Shown here: positions 33,850 through 44,130 of the stretch, piece after piece
Layout of the letters: each line of letters starts with the position of its first letter
How positions within the stretch are numbered: position 1 is the first letter of the stretch
Virus record (IMG/VR): IMGVR_UViG_3300032309_001794
Reading direction: 5' to 3' (one strand)
DNA length: 64,000 bases
Source: an uncultured virus (IMG/VR IMGVR_UViG_3300032309_001794)
Taxonomy: Duplodnaviria > Heunggongvirae > Uroviricota > Caudoviricetes
The notes under the pieces: generated by a model
The model's input: the letters and a program-made list of their open reading frames with translations, nothing else
What the model was told of the DNA's origin: nothing
Databases searched by the model: none
Made by a program: the position numbers and the translations under genes

Positions 33850-34768
33850 TGAACTTGGAACTGGGTACAGTAGCCCCGGAATAGCTGGGTCTTTAGAGCG
33901 CCCAATAACTTTTAGAGTTAGTTACCCAAAAACACCTAAATTTAACATATTTGAAGCAGGTGTTGAGTTAGTTCAAAGTGCAGCTAACCATGACATGCTC
34001 ATTATTGTATATAAAGGTGCTTTACAAAGGCACATACCTGTAGGTGCAAGAAGACCTCCTCTTAAAAATGACCCAGTTAAATTTACATGGACAGATGGAA
34101 AACGTACTAGAACCTTTGTTGGAAACATACACACCATTGAAAACAACACTACAACTGCTAATAATTTCACAAGAATAACCTGTATTGGAGTATCTTCTAA
34201 ACTAAAAGGTACAAGTAAAACAGTGTATAAAAATTTAACTGCTGACAAAATTGTCAAAAGAATTGGGAAAAAATTTAAATTTAAAGTTCTTGCAACACCT
34301 AGTGGTAAGAAATATAAAAACCTTTCCCAAGGCGGAAAAACTTATTGGCAGATACTTAGACAATTAGCAAACGATACTGGATTTGCTCTTAGAGCCGAAA
34401 ATTCAACTATTATTTTTCAAGATCAAGATAAAATAATTGAAAAGAAAAAGGCTTCTGCCCCTACGTTTGTACATTACGACTTAGCTCCAATGGGTATTGC
34501 CTCTAAACAAACACTTGTTAGCTTTACCTCTTCAGTTTCTAGACATTCTCCAGAAACATCTCAAGGGGATTCATCCGTATCTGTAGATGTACCAGATGAT
34601 GGCACTGCAGAAGGTTCTGGATTTATTGAGCAAGAATTTGGCGTTAATGATTTTGAAATAGAGAGCTACTCTGACGAAACTACAAACACTGTGTTGGTAC
34701 CAGATGACTGGCAAGAAACTTATGGCGTAGTAGACGCAACTACTGTGGATGGTTTTATAAATGAGTAA
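33842..34768 (+). CDS. Baseplate hub protein, N-terminal part (GpD/gp27-like)
   Basis: FVGNIHT, TADKIV..I, QGGKTYWQILRQLANDTGF motifs. Confidence 0.7.
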   Translation: MVSELGTGYSSPGIAGSLERPITFRVSYPKTPKFNIFEAGVELVQSAANHDMLIIVYKGALQRHIPVGARRPPLKNDPVKFTWTDGKRTRTFVGNIHTIENNTTTANNFTRITCIGVSSKLKGTSKTVYKNLTADKIVKRIGKKFKFKVLATPSGKKYKNLSQGGKTYWQILRQLANDTGFALRAENSTIIFQDQDKIIEKKKASAPTFVHYDLAPMGIASKQTLVSFTSSVSRHSPETSQGDSSVSVDVPDDGTAEGSGFIEQEFGVNDFEIESYSDETTNTVLVPDDWQETYGVVDATTVDGFINE

Positions 34769-35432
34769 AAGGGGTAAAGTAAGAAGTAAAAAAAAGAAAG
34801 TCGCCACAACAAAAGTTGTTCATAAAGTAGTTGCCGACAAGTCTGGCGCAAAAGAACTTGCAACTGCACTAACTATTGCGGCAAAGTACCCTTATAAAGC
34901 AACCGCTTTACTCATGGGGTTTATACCCCTTAGTCCCTACGACCCAATAAGATTAGTAGGACTTACTGACAATATGGATGGCGTTTGGGTTGTAATGGCA
35001 GTTACCCACACTTTTAAAAAGGAATTTCCTTACAGTATGAGAGTTTCTTTAGGATCTAATGAAAAACTTTTAAACACGCCTGTAAGTTCTCCTGTAAAAG
35101 ACATAGCTAATGCTGATTTTATAGTAGATTCTGAAGTTATTTCTGAAATGTTTTCTGAAAATGATATGTTTCTTGAAGTTACTAACGACAACACGGGTGA
35201 TTTTTTTGTAGAATCTATTGAATTTGATGTAGTAACTCCAGAACAATATGAAATTTTAGATAGTAATAACCCTGTGTTTCAATTTATAGAAGCTTTAGAT
35301 GCAGAAACATATGAGGCTTCTTTAGATCCTTTTGAAGGAGTTGTCTACAATAGAGATCCTTTTGAAATTACAATCCCCGATTTTACAGGTGCCGATCTTG
35401 AGGACAATTGGGTTCAGGAGTCGTATAACTAA
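34761..35432 (+). CDS. Baseplate hub protein, C-terminal part, with acidic tail
   Basis: A..MG...L.PYDPIRLVGL....DGVWVVMAVTHTF barrel motif. Confidence 0.6.
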   Translation: MSKRGKVRSKKKKVATTKVVHKVVADKSGAKELATALTIAAKYPYKATALLMGFIPLSPYDPIRLVGLTDNMDGVWVVMAVTHTFKKEFPYSMRVSLGSNEKLLNTPVSSPVKDIANADFIVDSEVISEMFSENDMFLEVTNDNTGDFFVESIEFDVVTPEQYEILDSNNPVFQFIEALDAETYEASLDPFEGVVYNRDPFEITIPDFTGADLEDNWVQESYN

Positions 35433-35725
35433 TGAACAATAACTATACAGATTTTAATATGGACCCTGAGGGAAATACTAGATTTTACGGAATATACCGA
35501 GCTACGGTTGTAGGTAATGTAGATACAGAACGTAAAGGTAGACTTTCATTAGTTATCCCTCAAATAAATGGATCGAGCGCTATTGACGCTGTTCCGGGGA
35601 TATTTCCAGCAAATGTTGCAGCGCCCGTGTCTGCAACATTAATACCAGCTCTTGGTAAAAATGTATGGGTAATGTTTGAAAATGGGGAAACTGAGTACCC
35701 GGTTTGGATAGGAATAAAACTATGA
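35432..35725 (+). CDS. Baseplate spike OB-fold protein (gp5/gpV N-terminal-like)
   Basis: FYGIYRATVVGNVD...GRL...P, IP..G..VWVMFENG...YPVWIG. Confidence 0.82.
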   Translation: MNNNYTDFNMDPEGNTRFYGIYRATVVGNVDTERKGRLSLVIPQINGSSAIDAVPGIFPANVAAPVSATLIPALGKNVWVMFENGETEYPVWIGIKL

Positions 35726-36117
35726 TAGCTGTTGAACACCCGTTTAGATTCGATCCACTAGGAAGAATCATAACTACTTCAGATACAAATAAAATCTATT
35801 TAGATAGATTAATGACAATACTTTCAACGCAGGTTTATCAAAGAGTAATGAGGCCTACTTATGGAACAGATATATCTAGAGCTCTGTATGAAAGTGGACA
35901 AATTTATTCAGATTCCGTAAAAGAATCCATAAATAGAGCAGTTGCCCAATTTTTACCTACATTAAGCATTGTTTCCGTAACTGTTGGAGATATAGACTAT
36001 AGTGGTTCCTCTGTTGTAGAAATCCTGGTTTCTTTCCCAGATGGAACAATTAATACTGTCGCTGTAAACAGCAAAAACCTACTAAACGACGGAACTGTAA
36101 TAGGAGACATTATCTAA
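35722..36117 (+). CDS. Baseplate wedge protein (T4 gp25/gpW-like)
   Basis: PFRFD..G, ILST...RVMRPTYGT motifs. Confidence 0.82.
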   Translation: MIAVEHPFRFDPLGRIITTSDTNKIYLDRLMTILSTQVYQRVMRPTYGTDISRALYESGQIYSDSVKESINRAVAQFLPTLSIVSVTVGDIDYSGSSVVEILVSFPDGTINTVAVNSKNLLNDGTVIGDII

Positions 36118-37643
36118 TGGTACAAGTTAATTACACAGCTAGAGATTACGACAGTTTAAGAACTGAATTAATTAAAGTTGTACAAGCAAGAGTGCCTCAG
36201 TGGAACGCTGATGATACTGCTGATTTTACCCTAGCTCTTGTAGAGTCTTTTGCATATATGGGAGACCTAACCTCTTATTACATTGATCGTGCGGCAAACG
36301 AAGCTACTATTAGAACTGCTACTCAAAAGAGAAGCCTTTTAAATTTTGCAGAAACCATTGGATACAAGCCTTCAGGCCCAACTCCAGCAAGAGTATTGTT
36401 AACGTTTAAAAATAATTCTACTACGCAGTACGTAGATATCCCTGTAGGAACGCAAGCAGTTGGGTACCTAGCCCAAGGACTTTTTACTGAAGCTTATTAC
36501 GAAACTCTTCAATCAGTATCTCAACTTGCTCCGGGAGCATCCATAGATATTCCAGCAATTGAAGGAAGCACTTCTACTGCAGATAATAGAGATCCTTTAA
36601 CCTATAAAGTTCTTCCAGTCAGTTTAGGTACTTCAAATGGATTTGCTTACCTTGAAAAAACTATATCTGCAGGCGGTGTAGTTGATGGATCAGTATTTGT
36701 TTATGTTGGGCAAGGCGCTTCTTTTAGAAAATGGAATTACGTACCTAACATGGCTCCGTATGGACCTAATGATAAAATTTTTTCAACAAGGCTTAATGCT
36801 GATAACTCCACTACTATTTTGTTTGGAGATGGCATTAATGGCCAGATACCTGAAAGTGGCGAACCTATTTCAGTAGTATATCGGTCAAGTACGGGCTCTT
36901 ACGGAAACATTCCAGCAAAGCAAATTACCACTATTGAGTTTATTCCTGGCCTTGCTAGTCCTCCTTCATATTTAGCTGTTACTAATGACGACCCAGCTTT
37001 TGGTGGAGCTGACGGCGAAAATTTAGAAATGATTAGAAGAAACTTAACTAGGGCTTTAAATACTAGAAACCGCTGTGTGACTTTATCTGATTATGAACAA
37101 CTTGCATTGACTGTTCCAGGAACTTATAGAACTTCTGCTAGTTCATCCGTATATACAAGTGTAAATCTTTATTTACAGCCAGACAATGATTATTCAGCAA
37201 CTCCTGGTCTTGTACTAGGTCAACCTACAGCCGCATGGTCTCTACTTGCAAGTAACGTACGCAGTGTTTTACAGGAAAGATCTCCTGCAAATACAACAAT
37301 AACTATTTCACCTCCTGAGTATGTAGGACTTGAGTTAGAAGTAGATTTGGTAATTGATGAAGCTTATAAACAAAGAGACATTAAAATTGCCGCTGCTAGA
37401 GCAATATTAGATATAAATACTGGACTTTTTTCTTTTGCTAGTTATGGGTTTGGAAGCAATGTAACTCAGTCTGAAATTATTGCCACTCTTATGGCAATTC
37501 CTGGGGTATTACAGGTAGATATAGACAAACTTTACCGTGAGGGTGGGACACCTGCAGTTAATAACATAACTATGGATATTGATGAAATACCATATTTAGA
37601 AGCAACCAATTTAGTTATTAATGTAACTGGCGGCATTGTTTAG
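36117..37643 (+). CDS. Baseplate wedge protein (gpJ / T4 gp6-like)
   Basis: NYTARDYDSLR, YYIDRAANE, FGDGINGQIP, GGADGE, RCVTLSDYE motifs. Confidence 0.88.
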   Translation: MVQVNYTARDYDSLRTELIKVVQARVPQWNADDTADFTLALVESFAYMGDLTSYYIDRAANEATIRTATQKRSLLNFAETIGYKPSGPTPARVLLTFKNNSTTQYVDIPVGTQAVGYLAQGLFTEAYYETLQSVSQLAPGASIDIPAIEGSTSTADNRDPLTYKVLPVSLGTSNGFAYLEKTISAGGVVDGSVFVYVGQGASFRKWNYVPNMAPYGPNDKIFSTRLNADNSTTILFGDGINGQIPESGEPISVVYRSSTGSYGNIPAKQITTIEFIPGLASPPSYLAVTNDDPAFGGADGENLEMIRRNLTRALNTRNRCVTLSDYEQLALTVPGTYRTSASSSVYTSVNLYLQPDNDYSATPGLVLGQPTAAWSLLASNVRSVLQERSPANTTITISPPEYVGLELEVDLVIDEAYKQRDIKIAAARAILDINTGLFSFASYGFGSNVTQSEIIATLMAIPGVLQVDIDKLYREGGTPAVNNITMDIDEIPYLEATNLVINVTGGIV

Positions 37644-37652
37644 TAAGCCTTG

Positions 37653-37688
37653 TTTTAAAGGGACTTATACTTAATTATCATAGATCAT
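37653..37688 (+). promoter_or_regulatory. Putative late promoter, copy 6
   Basis: TTTTAaaggGAC-N18-GATCAT. Confidence 0.5.
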
Positions 37689-37726
37689 ATAAATGAGGGT
37701 TTTAATTACATTATGGAGATAGATAG

Positions 37727-38278
37727 ATGCCTGCTGCATACCCCGGTAGTTTAGCTAGTTTTACAGACAAAGTTGATCTTTTTACAACAATTTTTGCAAA
37801 TGACGTAAATAGTTTGCAAACTGAGCTTTTATCAGTACAAACAGTTTTGTCAGGATCTCCAACTTTAGGAATAACCCCTCAAATTTTAAGCACTTCCTAT
37901 GATGCTACGGCGCATTCGTTAGCTTCTACTCAAACTAGCGTTAATGAAAGACTTAAGAATATTGAACGCGGTTTACTTAATGGCGTAACTGGCGCTCCCT
38001 ATGTTCGTAAAGACCTTAGCAGCGTTATATCTGTATCTTCTGGAGTTCCACTAACACTAACAAAAGCTTCGGGCAATAACTCAAATCTGCTTGAAACTAC
38101 AAACGGTACAACTCCAGGCTTTAAGCTAACAAAAGACGGCATACCTTTTGTAAATACCGATCAAGTTCTATACGCATCTTCGTCTAATACAGCGTATCAA
38201 GGACTGGTAACTGCAACCTCAGCAGTGGCGCAGTCGGTAGCTAACCTTGTTAGCCCTCTACTTCTTGCTGGGATGTAG
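37727..38278 (+). CDS. Putative tail-fibre-associated virion protein
   Basis: YPGSLASF..K.D...I.ANDVNSLQ.EL N-terminus; ends PLLLAGM. Confidence 0.55.
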   Translation: MPAAYPGSLASFTDKVDLFTTIFANDVNSLQTELLSVQTVLSGSPTLGITPQILSTSYDATAHSLASTQTSVNERLKNIERGLLNGVTGAPYVRKDLSSVISVSSGVPLTLTKASGNNSNLLETTNGTTPGFKLTKDGIPFVNTDQVLYASSSNTAYQGLVTATSAVAQSVANLVSPLLLAGM

Positions 38279-38282
38279 TATC

Positions 38283-38594
38283 ATGGACATCAATACAAGT
38301 AGCGCACTAGTACAGATTATATCAGCATTTGCGGCGGCCTCTTTTGGAATTTACAAAATTTGGAAAAAAATAGACGCAAGACAAGAAGAACTATGTACAA
38401 AGACTATGCTTTTAGATAGTAAGTTGAACCGTATTGAAAATCAATTTGGTCCAAATGGTGGCGGCATACGTGAAGCTGTTAATAATGTATCTAAAACTGT
38501 GCTGAAAATTGAAGATAGAGTCACTAAGATTGGTGACGACGTGGCAAAGTTGTCTGGTGAATTTAACCAACACATCCGCGAGGGAAATAAATAG
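38283..38594 (+). CDS. Membrane-anchored coiled-coil protein (holin/lysis accessory-like)
   Basis: One N-terminal hydrophobic helix, then coiled coil with PNGGGIREAV. Confidence 0.55.
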   Translation: MDINTSSALVQIISAFAAASFGIYKIWKKIDARQEELCTKTMLLDSKLNRIENQFGPNGGGIREAVNNVSKTVLKIEDRVTKIGDDVAKLSGEFNQHIREGNK

Positions 38595-38616
38595 TTTAAT
38601 AGGGTTGGAGTAACAT

Positions 38617-41600
38617 ATGGCCAAGTACGGCTTTGCCAAGTACGGCACTAGAAAATACGGTGAAGTAGAAGCTAACAGAGTTATCTACAACTCAAACATA
38701 TCCGTATTCCAACCCGACTACAGAACTCATAATCTTTCTTGGGAAGTTGTAACCCCTACTGTTGGGGACAGTGCTCTTACGTATTGGAAAATTGTAAAAA
38801 CAATTGGCGGAGCCCCAGATAATCCAAACGAGGGTGTAGTAGTAACTGGTCAAGCTTTTCCAATGGGCGCAAAACTAACACATGTTGATATAGAAAATAT
38901 TTTTCCAGCCGGAGTAGAAGTTACATATTCTTTTTGGGTATTTAATGACACTGACTGGCTTTTCTGTGGTTCAGCCGACGCTATAGTTGTTGACAGAAAT
39001 AATGATGCTACTACTTTAAAACTTGCAAGATCTCTTCCAGGTGTATGGACTAACTCAACCGGTTCATTTGGAGATGCTGCTGGAGAACCTGATACTGATA
39101 CAGATCTTTGGTATTTCTTACAAGGATTAGGGTATCACTACGACTTTTTAAGACAAAGAGTTTCTGTAATTAACAACATGAGTGATTACAGATTTTTTCC
39201 TCACTCTTTCTTACCAGAAGCTGTTGTTGGCTTAGGATTTGAGTACGAACCAAGCCTTGGTGACAGCTACCACAGAGCTCTGTATCGTTCAGGAAACATT
39301 ATAAATTCCCTAAAAGGATCTTCTTTAGGTTTAAAAATCTATACGACTGCTCTTACCCATTATGGGTCAAGAGTACTGCAAGGCAACAATTTAATGCTTG
39401 ACTACAATGACTCTTCGTTTGAAGAATCAGTAGGTAGATGGACTACCACAAGAACTATATCTGCTCGTAAATATGCAAATTCATTAGCTGATTTTTCTTT
39501 AACTCTTACACCACCTACAGAAGTTCTTGCAGATACTACATTTCCTGTTAGAGGTATTGGGTTTGCCGCGTTGTCCGGTAATAATTCAATTCCAGTAGTT
39601 ATGTCAGGAAATGTAACTACTATTGGAATACCTGTAGAGGCTGGAACGGTGTACTCATTTACAGGGTACGCACAAGCTTTATCATCTGGCACTAACACTG
39701 TTTCTGTAGATGCTGTAATTTCTTGGTACAACAAATCTGGTACTTTAATTTCTTCATCAACAAGCAAAAACACAGTTATTGCATCTACAACAGTAACTCC
39801 AAGAACATGGTATCGTTTTTCATCAGCGACAGCTCTTGATAAAAACATAACTGCACCATCAAATGCAGTGTACGCTCTTCCGTCATTTACAATAAACGGG
39901 CAAACTACGTCTGGCAGCCCTGTAATTGTAGATTACCTATCCTTTAACGTATTTCCTGGACTTGTTGGAAATTCTAACTACGGAGCCGGTTTAGGAACTT
40001 ATGAAGACTCTAGAACTATAAAAGTTGAGCTAGATGGACTTAGAACAAATTACCTTCCAAATCCTGGATTTGATGACGGACTTGGTGGCTGGTTTCCAAC
40101 CAATGCTTCAGTAATTTCCGACAGTTCTACGTCTTATTTTGGAGGCGTAAGTTGCAAGCTAACAGCTACTGCTACATCTGCTGGTTTAGCATCTGACTGG
40201 ATTCCTCTTAAAGCTAGCACCGACTATATTTTTAGCGCCTATGTAAAATCCTCTACCGCCGGTAAAAAAGCTAAACTATACATAGAATTTTCTTCTCCTT
40301 TAAACGCTACAGATCAAATATCTATAGCTAAAGACGGTTTAGAATTTTACTATAACGATCAAGGTACTTCGGCTCCTCATACTGCGTATAGTCAAGAAAT
40401 TACGCTAAGTAGTACCGGCTTTACAAGAATCTCAGTTACAACACAATCACCTGAGCTTGTACGTGATGGCGGAGTGCCTATTGCAAAAATGGCAATAATT
40501 TTTACAGACCCAGCAATTGGTAGTCAGTTTTGGGTTGATGCTTGCCTGCTTGAGCAAGGAGACTCATTACGTCCGTATTTTCAAGGAAATGGTGCACCTT
40601 ACCCAGCAAATCCAATTTTGGATGAGCACGCAACTTCTGTTGATCTTGGTTGGGAAACTAAAGAGCATTCAAACTTTATATCTAATCCAAGTTTTGCTTC
40701 CGCAAGCACTACAGGATGGACAGGTACTACGGCAACATTGTCTTCAGTAACTGCTTCGTCTGAATCAATACCTTCAAAGTTTGGCACTTACGTTTTAAAA
40801 GTTGTTCCTTCAGGAATAAATAACAGCGCAAGAACTACTTTTTACTACCCTTCACGTTTAACACCAGACTCCGGAGCAACAGTTGCTGCTTTTCCATATG
40901 GCGGTGAAGACATAGTGGCATCCGCTTACGTATACGGAAGCGCGGGAACTTACACGATTTCTATAGGAAATTATAGCAATTCTTTTGTTCTTCCAGCCAT
41001 GACCGCTTGGAATAGAATTCACGTAGTAGGGGTAGTAAGTAAGCCAACAACTACAACTCCAAACAGTACTGTAACTATTTCCTATTCAGGAGCTAGCAGC
41101 AACTGGTATGTAGATGGAGTTCAGGCAGAATTTGGTAGGACACCCTCTCCATTTGTTGACCCTTCAGATACATACACACTGCAGTTAGTAAACCCAACAA
41201 ATACTTCAGACAATTTTTACGCTTCACGGCGTGAGTTAATAGGTGGCGGTAGAAGCTACTACTTCTCTAGAAGAGCAACTAAGATTAATAGATTAGCAAA
41301 AACAATTACTAACTATATTCCTTTAGGATCTAGCTGGTCTATACAAATTGGTGAGCCTACTCCTGAAGTACCTGAAATTTTCTCATCATTATTAAAGTCT
41401 TCTTCCTTTGAAAATAGCCTTTTTGGTTGGAAGTCCTATGGAAATAGTGCTAACACGGTTCTTACAAGAGCCATTGTTGGCAATGGCTTAGCTATTGCAG
41501 CTGATACTCCTTCTTTGGGCACCAGTTGGGTAAAAGTTGAAAATTCAACTGTTTCTGAAACTAACTTTGGAATTTATCAAGAAAACGTTTCTGTATTTGG

Positions 41601-41895
41601 ATCTACCCCGTATTTGTTATCTGCAGCCGCAAGTATTACTGCATTGGCAGATGCAGGAACTATAGCTCTTCAGATAAATTGGACTAAATTAAATGGAGCA
41701 CCAACTGAGGCTGACAGTTCGTTTTCTCAATCTTTCCCAATAACTAAACGTGATAGATGGAACTACTGCGCAGTTCCTGAAGTAGTTTCTCCAGTAGATG
41801 CTGCGTATGCTACTATCAGTTTAAGGTACACGCCAACTAGTAGAACTACTACAAATACAATCTTGTTTGACCGTGTAATTTTCCGTCAAGTTTAG
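38617..41895 (+). CDS. Baseplate/tail protein (gpI-like) with repeated carbohydrate-binding-like domains
   Basis: SLKGS..GL wedge segment; repeated N.L.NPSF/SSFE...GW jelly-roll starts. Confidence 0.7.
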   Translation: MAKYGFAKYGTRKYGEVEANRVIYNSNISVFQPDYRTHNLSWEVVTPTVGDSALTYWKIVKTIGGAPDNPNEGVVVTGQAFPMGAKLTHVDIENIFPAGVEVTYSFWVFNDTDWLFCGSADAIVVDRNNDATTLKLARSLPGVWTNSTGSFGDAAGEPDTDTDLWYFLQGLGYHYDFLRQRVSVINNMSDYRFFPHSFLPEAVVGLGFEYEPSLGDSYHRALYRSGNIINSLKGSSLGLKIYTTALTHYGSRVLQGNNLMLDYNDSSFEESVGRWTTTRTISARKYANSLADFSLTLTPPTEVLADTTFPVRGIGFAALSGNNSIPVVMSGNVTTIGIPVEAGTVYSFTGYAQALSSGTNTVSVDAVISWYNKSGTLISSSTSKNTVIASTTVTPRTWYRFSSATALDKNITAPSNAVYALPSFTINGQTTSGSPVIVDYLSFNVFPGLVGNSNYGAGLGTYEDSRTIKVELDGLRTNYLPNPGFDDGLGGWFPTNASVISDSSTSYFGGVSCKLTATATSAGLASDWIPLKASTDYIFSAYVKSSTAGKKAKLYIEFSSPLNATDQISIAKDGLEFYYNDQGTSAPHTAYSQEITLSSTGFTRISVTTQSPELVRDGGVPIAKMAIIFTDPAIGSQFWVDACLLEQGDSLRPYFQGNGAPYPANPILDEHATSVDLGWETKEHSNFISNPSFASASTTGWTGTTATLSSVTASSESIPSKFGTYVLKVVPSGINNSARTTFYYPSRLTPDSGATVAAFPYGGEDIVASAYVYGSAGTYTISIGNYSNSFVLPAMTAWNRIHVVGVVSKPTTTTPNSTVTISYSGASSNWYVDGVQAEFGRTPSPFVDPSDTYTLQLVNPTNTSDNFYASRRELIGGGRSYYFSRRATKINRLAKTITNYIPLGSSWSIQIGEPTPEVPEIFSSLLKSSSFENSLFGWKSYGNSANTVLTRAIVGNGLAIAADTPSLGTSWVKVENSTVSETNFGIYQENVSVFGSTPYLLSAAASITALADAGTIALQINWTKLNGAPTEADSSFSQSFPITKRDRWNYCAVPEVVSPVDAAYATISLRYTPTSRTTTNTILFDRVIFRQV

Positions 41896-41909
41896 TGTAA
41901 GGTTTGGGC

Positions 41910-42188
41910 ATGACAGCATTACTTATTACCTCTTTGGCTACTGCATTTGCGCTAACAGTCGTAGAGGAGTTACTATTCTCACTTAGAAAGTGGCGCGGAC
42001 TTTTTGCGTTTACAGTGTCCATGTTGGGAGCGTATTTTACAGTCCAACATGATTTGGGACTGATAGTATTTACTGCCTTAGGCAGTGCATTTGCAGGAAC
42101 TGCTGCTTCTATGTCTATACTAAATTTGGTAGAAAGTCGTGACCCACGTATTGTAAGGGGTCTACCTAGGCGGATACCGCCACTGTAA
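41910..42188 (+). CDS. Small multi-pass membrane protein (holin candidate)
   Basis: About three hydrophobic helices and a basic C-terminus. Confidence 0.5.
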   Translation: MTALLITSLATAFALTVVEELLFSLRKWRGLFAFTVSMLGAYFTVQHDLGLIVFTALGSAFAGTAASMSILNLVESRDPRIVRGLPRRIPPL

Positions 42189-42214
42189 GAACTATTGGAG
42201 GGCTGTGATGAGGG

Positions 42215-43150
42215 TTGATAGATCCCACACCGTTAACTGACGCGAACTTATCTCTTCGCGCCAGGGGTCTTTATGGCCTATTTGTTGCACATGGCAAAGT
42301 TCTGCCTGCTTCTGAAGTGTACTCACTTGTTCCCGAGGGACGTGACGCTATACGCACAGCCATGAATGAATTGATTTCTGCTGGATACATAACCAAGACC
42401 CGTTTTCGTACGAGTGCTGGACAATATGCTATTGATTATGCAACCGTCAGTGAACCAGTAACGGTAAACCAGGGCCTGGTTAACCGCGGCGGGTTTCCAG
42501 GCGATCTATATAGAGGAACCGACTATATAGCTAATAGCTCTAAAGTATTAATAGGACTTAATAAATTAAGTCCTATTAACACCTCGGGCAAGCCCGAAAT
42601 TGAAGAGGAGTATGTAATTATGCCTTGGCCAGGATTAGATGAGCCAGAACAACCAAAGGTTAAACGCCAACGTATAGACGACTCAGACTCAGGTGCCGTA
42701 GGCAAGATTGATGATCCTGTGGATAAGCGCGAACTACGTAAGGCCAAGTACAAAAAAGCCCAGTTTGCAGCAGTACCGGAAACCATGCTCCGCAAAGAGA
42801 AGCCAGAAGAATCTTGGTCTACCCCTGACCTAGTGGCCGAGTTCTATGATTTATTCAAGGAATTAGATGACTATGCCCCTAGCCAAGTCAACGCCAAGAG
42901 CCTAGCTTCCTGGATTAACAAGATGGTAGGCGACGGAGTAGCCAGGAATGCCCTTTTAAGGGCCATGAGGGCCTTTTTCAGCGATCCTCGCTTGACACGT
43001 GAGGTTGGCATAGGGCAGCCTATGTGGCGTAGGTTTATAGCCTATTATCCGACCGTCCACGGGATCTATTCTAAAGACGTTGAAGTAGAGTACGAAGACG
43101 ACGCATTTCTAGCCCATCAGGCTAAGATGCTGAAATTATTGGAGGACTAG
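42215..43150 (+). CDS. Replication initiator-like protein (N-terminal winged HTH)
   Basis: LSLRARGLY..EGRDAIRTAMNELISAGYI; directly upstream of a DnaC-like loader. Confidence 0.7.
   Translation: MIDPTPLTDANLSLRARGLYGLFVAHGKVLPASEVYSLVPEGRDAIRTAMNELISAGYITKTRFRTSAGQYAIDYATVSEPVTVNQGLVNRGGFPGDLYRGTDYIANSSKVLIGLNKLSPINTSGKPEIEEEYVIMPWPGLDEPEQPKVKRQRIDDSDSGAVGKIDDPVDKRELRKAKYKKAQFAAVPETMLRKEKPEESWSTPDLVAEFYDLFKELDDYAPSQVNAKSLASWINKMVGDGVARNALLRAMRAFFSDPRLTREVGIGQPMWRRFIAYYPTVHGIYSKDVEVEYEDDAFLAHQAKMLKLLED
42548..42579. repeat. Perfect 15-bp inverted repeat in a putative replication origin
   Basis: TTAATAGGACTTAAT-AA-ATTAAGTCCTATTAA. Confidence 0.85.
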
Positions 43151-43827
43151 TGTACGACTTACAGGATTTGCGTCCATCTATACGCAGTCAAATAAACGCT
43201 GCCAGTATACCCGAGCGGTTTATAGGTAAAACCTTAGATGACCTAGGTTCCTACCAAGGAGAGGTAAAAGAGTCTGTAGAGACTTGGCTAGATTTAGTGC
43301 TTTCCGGCAAGATACTTAAAGCCAGGGGATCAGCAAAGTGTGGGCTAGGACTTCTACTCGTAGGCAAGCCAGGACACGGGAAGACCACTCTTGCTAGTGT
43401 GGTACTGCAGGAAGTCATGCGGAAAGCGGACCCAGCACTTTGGGGTTCAACCGAGTCGTTTGCAAAACGTCCAGGTCTTTTTGTAGACTACCCAAAGTTG
43501 CTTCGTATTCAACAACGCTCTTGGAAAGAAGACGGCCCAGAAGCTAGTCTTATGGAAGGAGTTTTTGGGGATGCAGGAAACAACAGCGTAAATATTTTAG
43601 TGATAGATGATTTAGGCAAAGAACATAGGACAGCAACAGGGTGGGCTGAAAACACCTTTGACGCTGTGCTACGCTCACGGTACAACGCAGGTTTACCAAC
43701 AATCGTTACAACAAATGTTCCACTAAAAAATTGGGGCGAGGTGTATGGTGAAGCAATGGAAAGTTTTGCTCACGAAGCATTCTTACCAATAAATGTAATA
43801 TCTATGGAGGGAGATCGTCGGAAATGA
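43150..43827 (+). CDS. DnaC/IstB-like helicase loader ATPase
   Basis: GKPGHGKT, ILVIDDLGKE, RYNAGLPTIVTTN. Confidence 0.88.
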   Translation: MYDLQDLRPSIRSQINAASIPERFIGKTLDDLGSYQGEVKESVETWLDLVLSGKILKARGSAKCGLGLLLVGKPGHGKTTLASVVLQEVMRKADPALWGSTESFAKRPGLFVDYPKLLRIQQRSWKEDGPEASLMEGVFGDAGNNSVNILVIDDLGKEHRTATGWAENTFDAVLRSRYNAGLPTIVTTNVPLKNWGEVYGEAMESFAHEAFLPINVISMEGDRRK

Positions 43828-43838
43828 AGGAGAAATTA

Positions 43839-44126
43839 ATGTTAGATGCTGAATGGCGCACAATACAATTCTTCTTGTCCCCACGCGGGGTTTTTGAAGT
43901 TCAAGTAAACACTAATGAAGAGGGTATTCGCTGTAATTGCCCAGGGTATGAAACACGTAAGATGTGCAAGCATGTACGTCTTGTTGAAACCCGTGCAGAT
44001 GAAAACAATGGTACTTACCCACTTAAAGTTTCTTCTCGCGCAACTTCTAAAGAAACAGAGGCCGCTACTGAGTCTCCAGAATCTTTTAGGAATTTTGTAG
44101 TTAAATACGGATACATAGAGGTTTAG
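43839..44126 (+). CDS. SWIM zinc-finger protein
   Basis: CNC.......CKH; AAGGAG RBS before 43839. Confidence 0.7.
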   Translation: MLDAEWRTIQFFLSPRGVFEVQVNTNEEGIRCNCPGYETRKMCKHVRLVETRADENNGTYPLKVSSRATSKETEAATESPESFRNFVVKYGYIEV

Positions 44127-44130
44127 CAAC

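Noticed and set aside
26745..37643. Extracellular contractile injection system or tailocin
   Set aside because: Terminase, portal, capsid and a full replication module are present, so this is a phage
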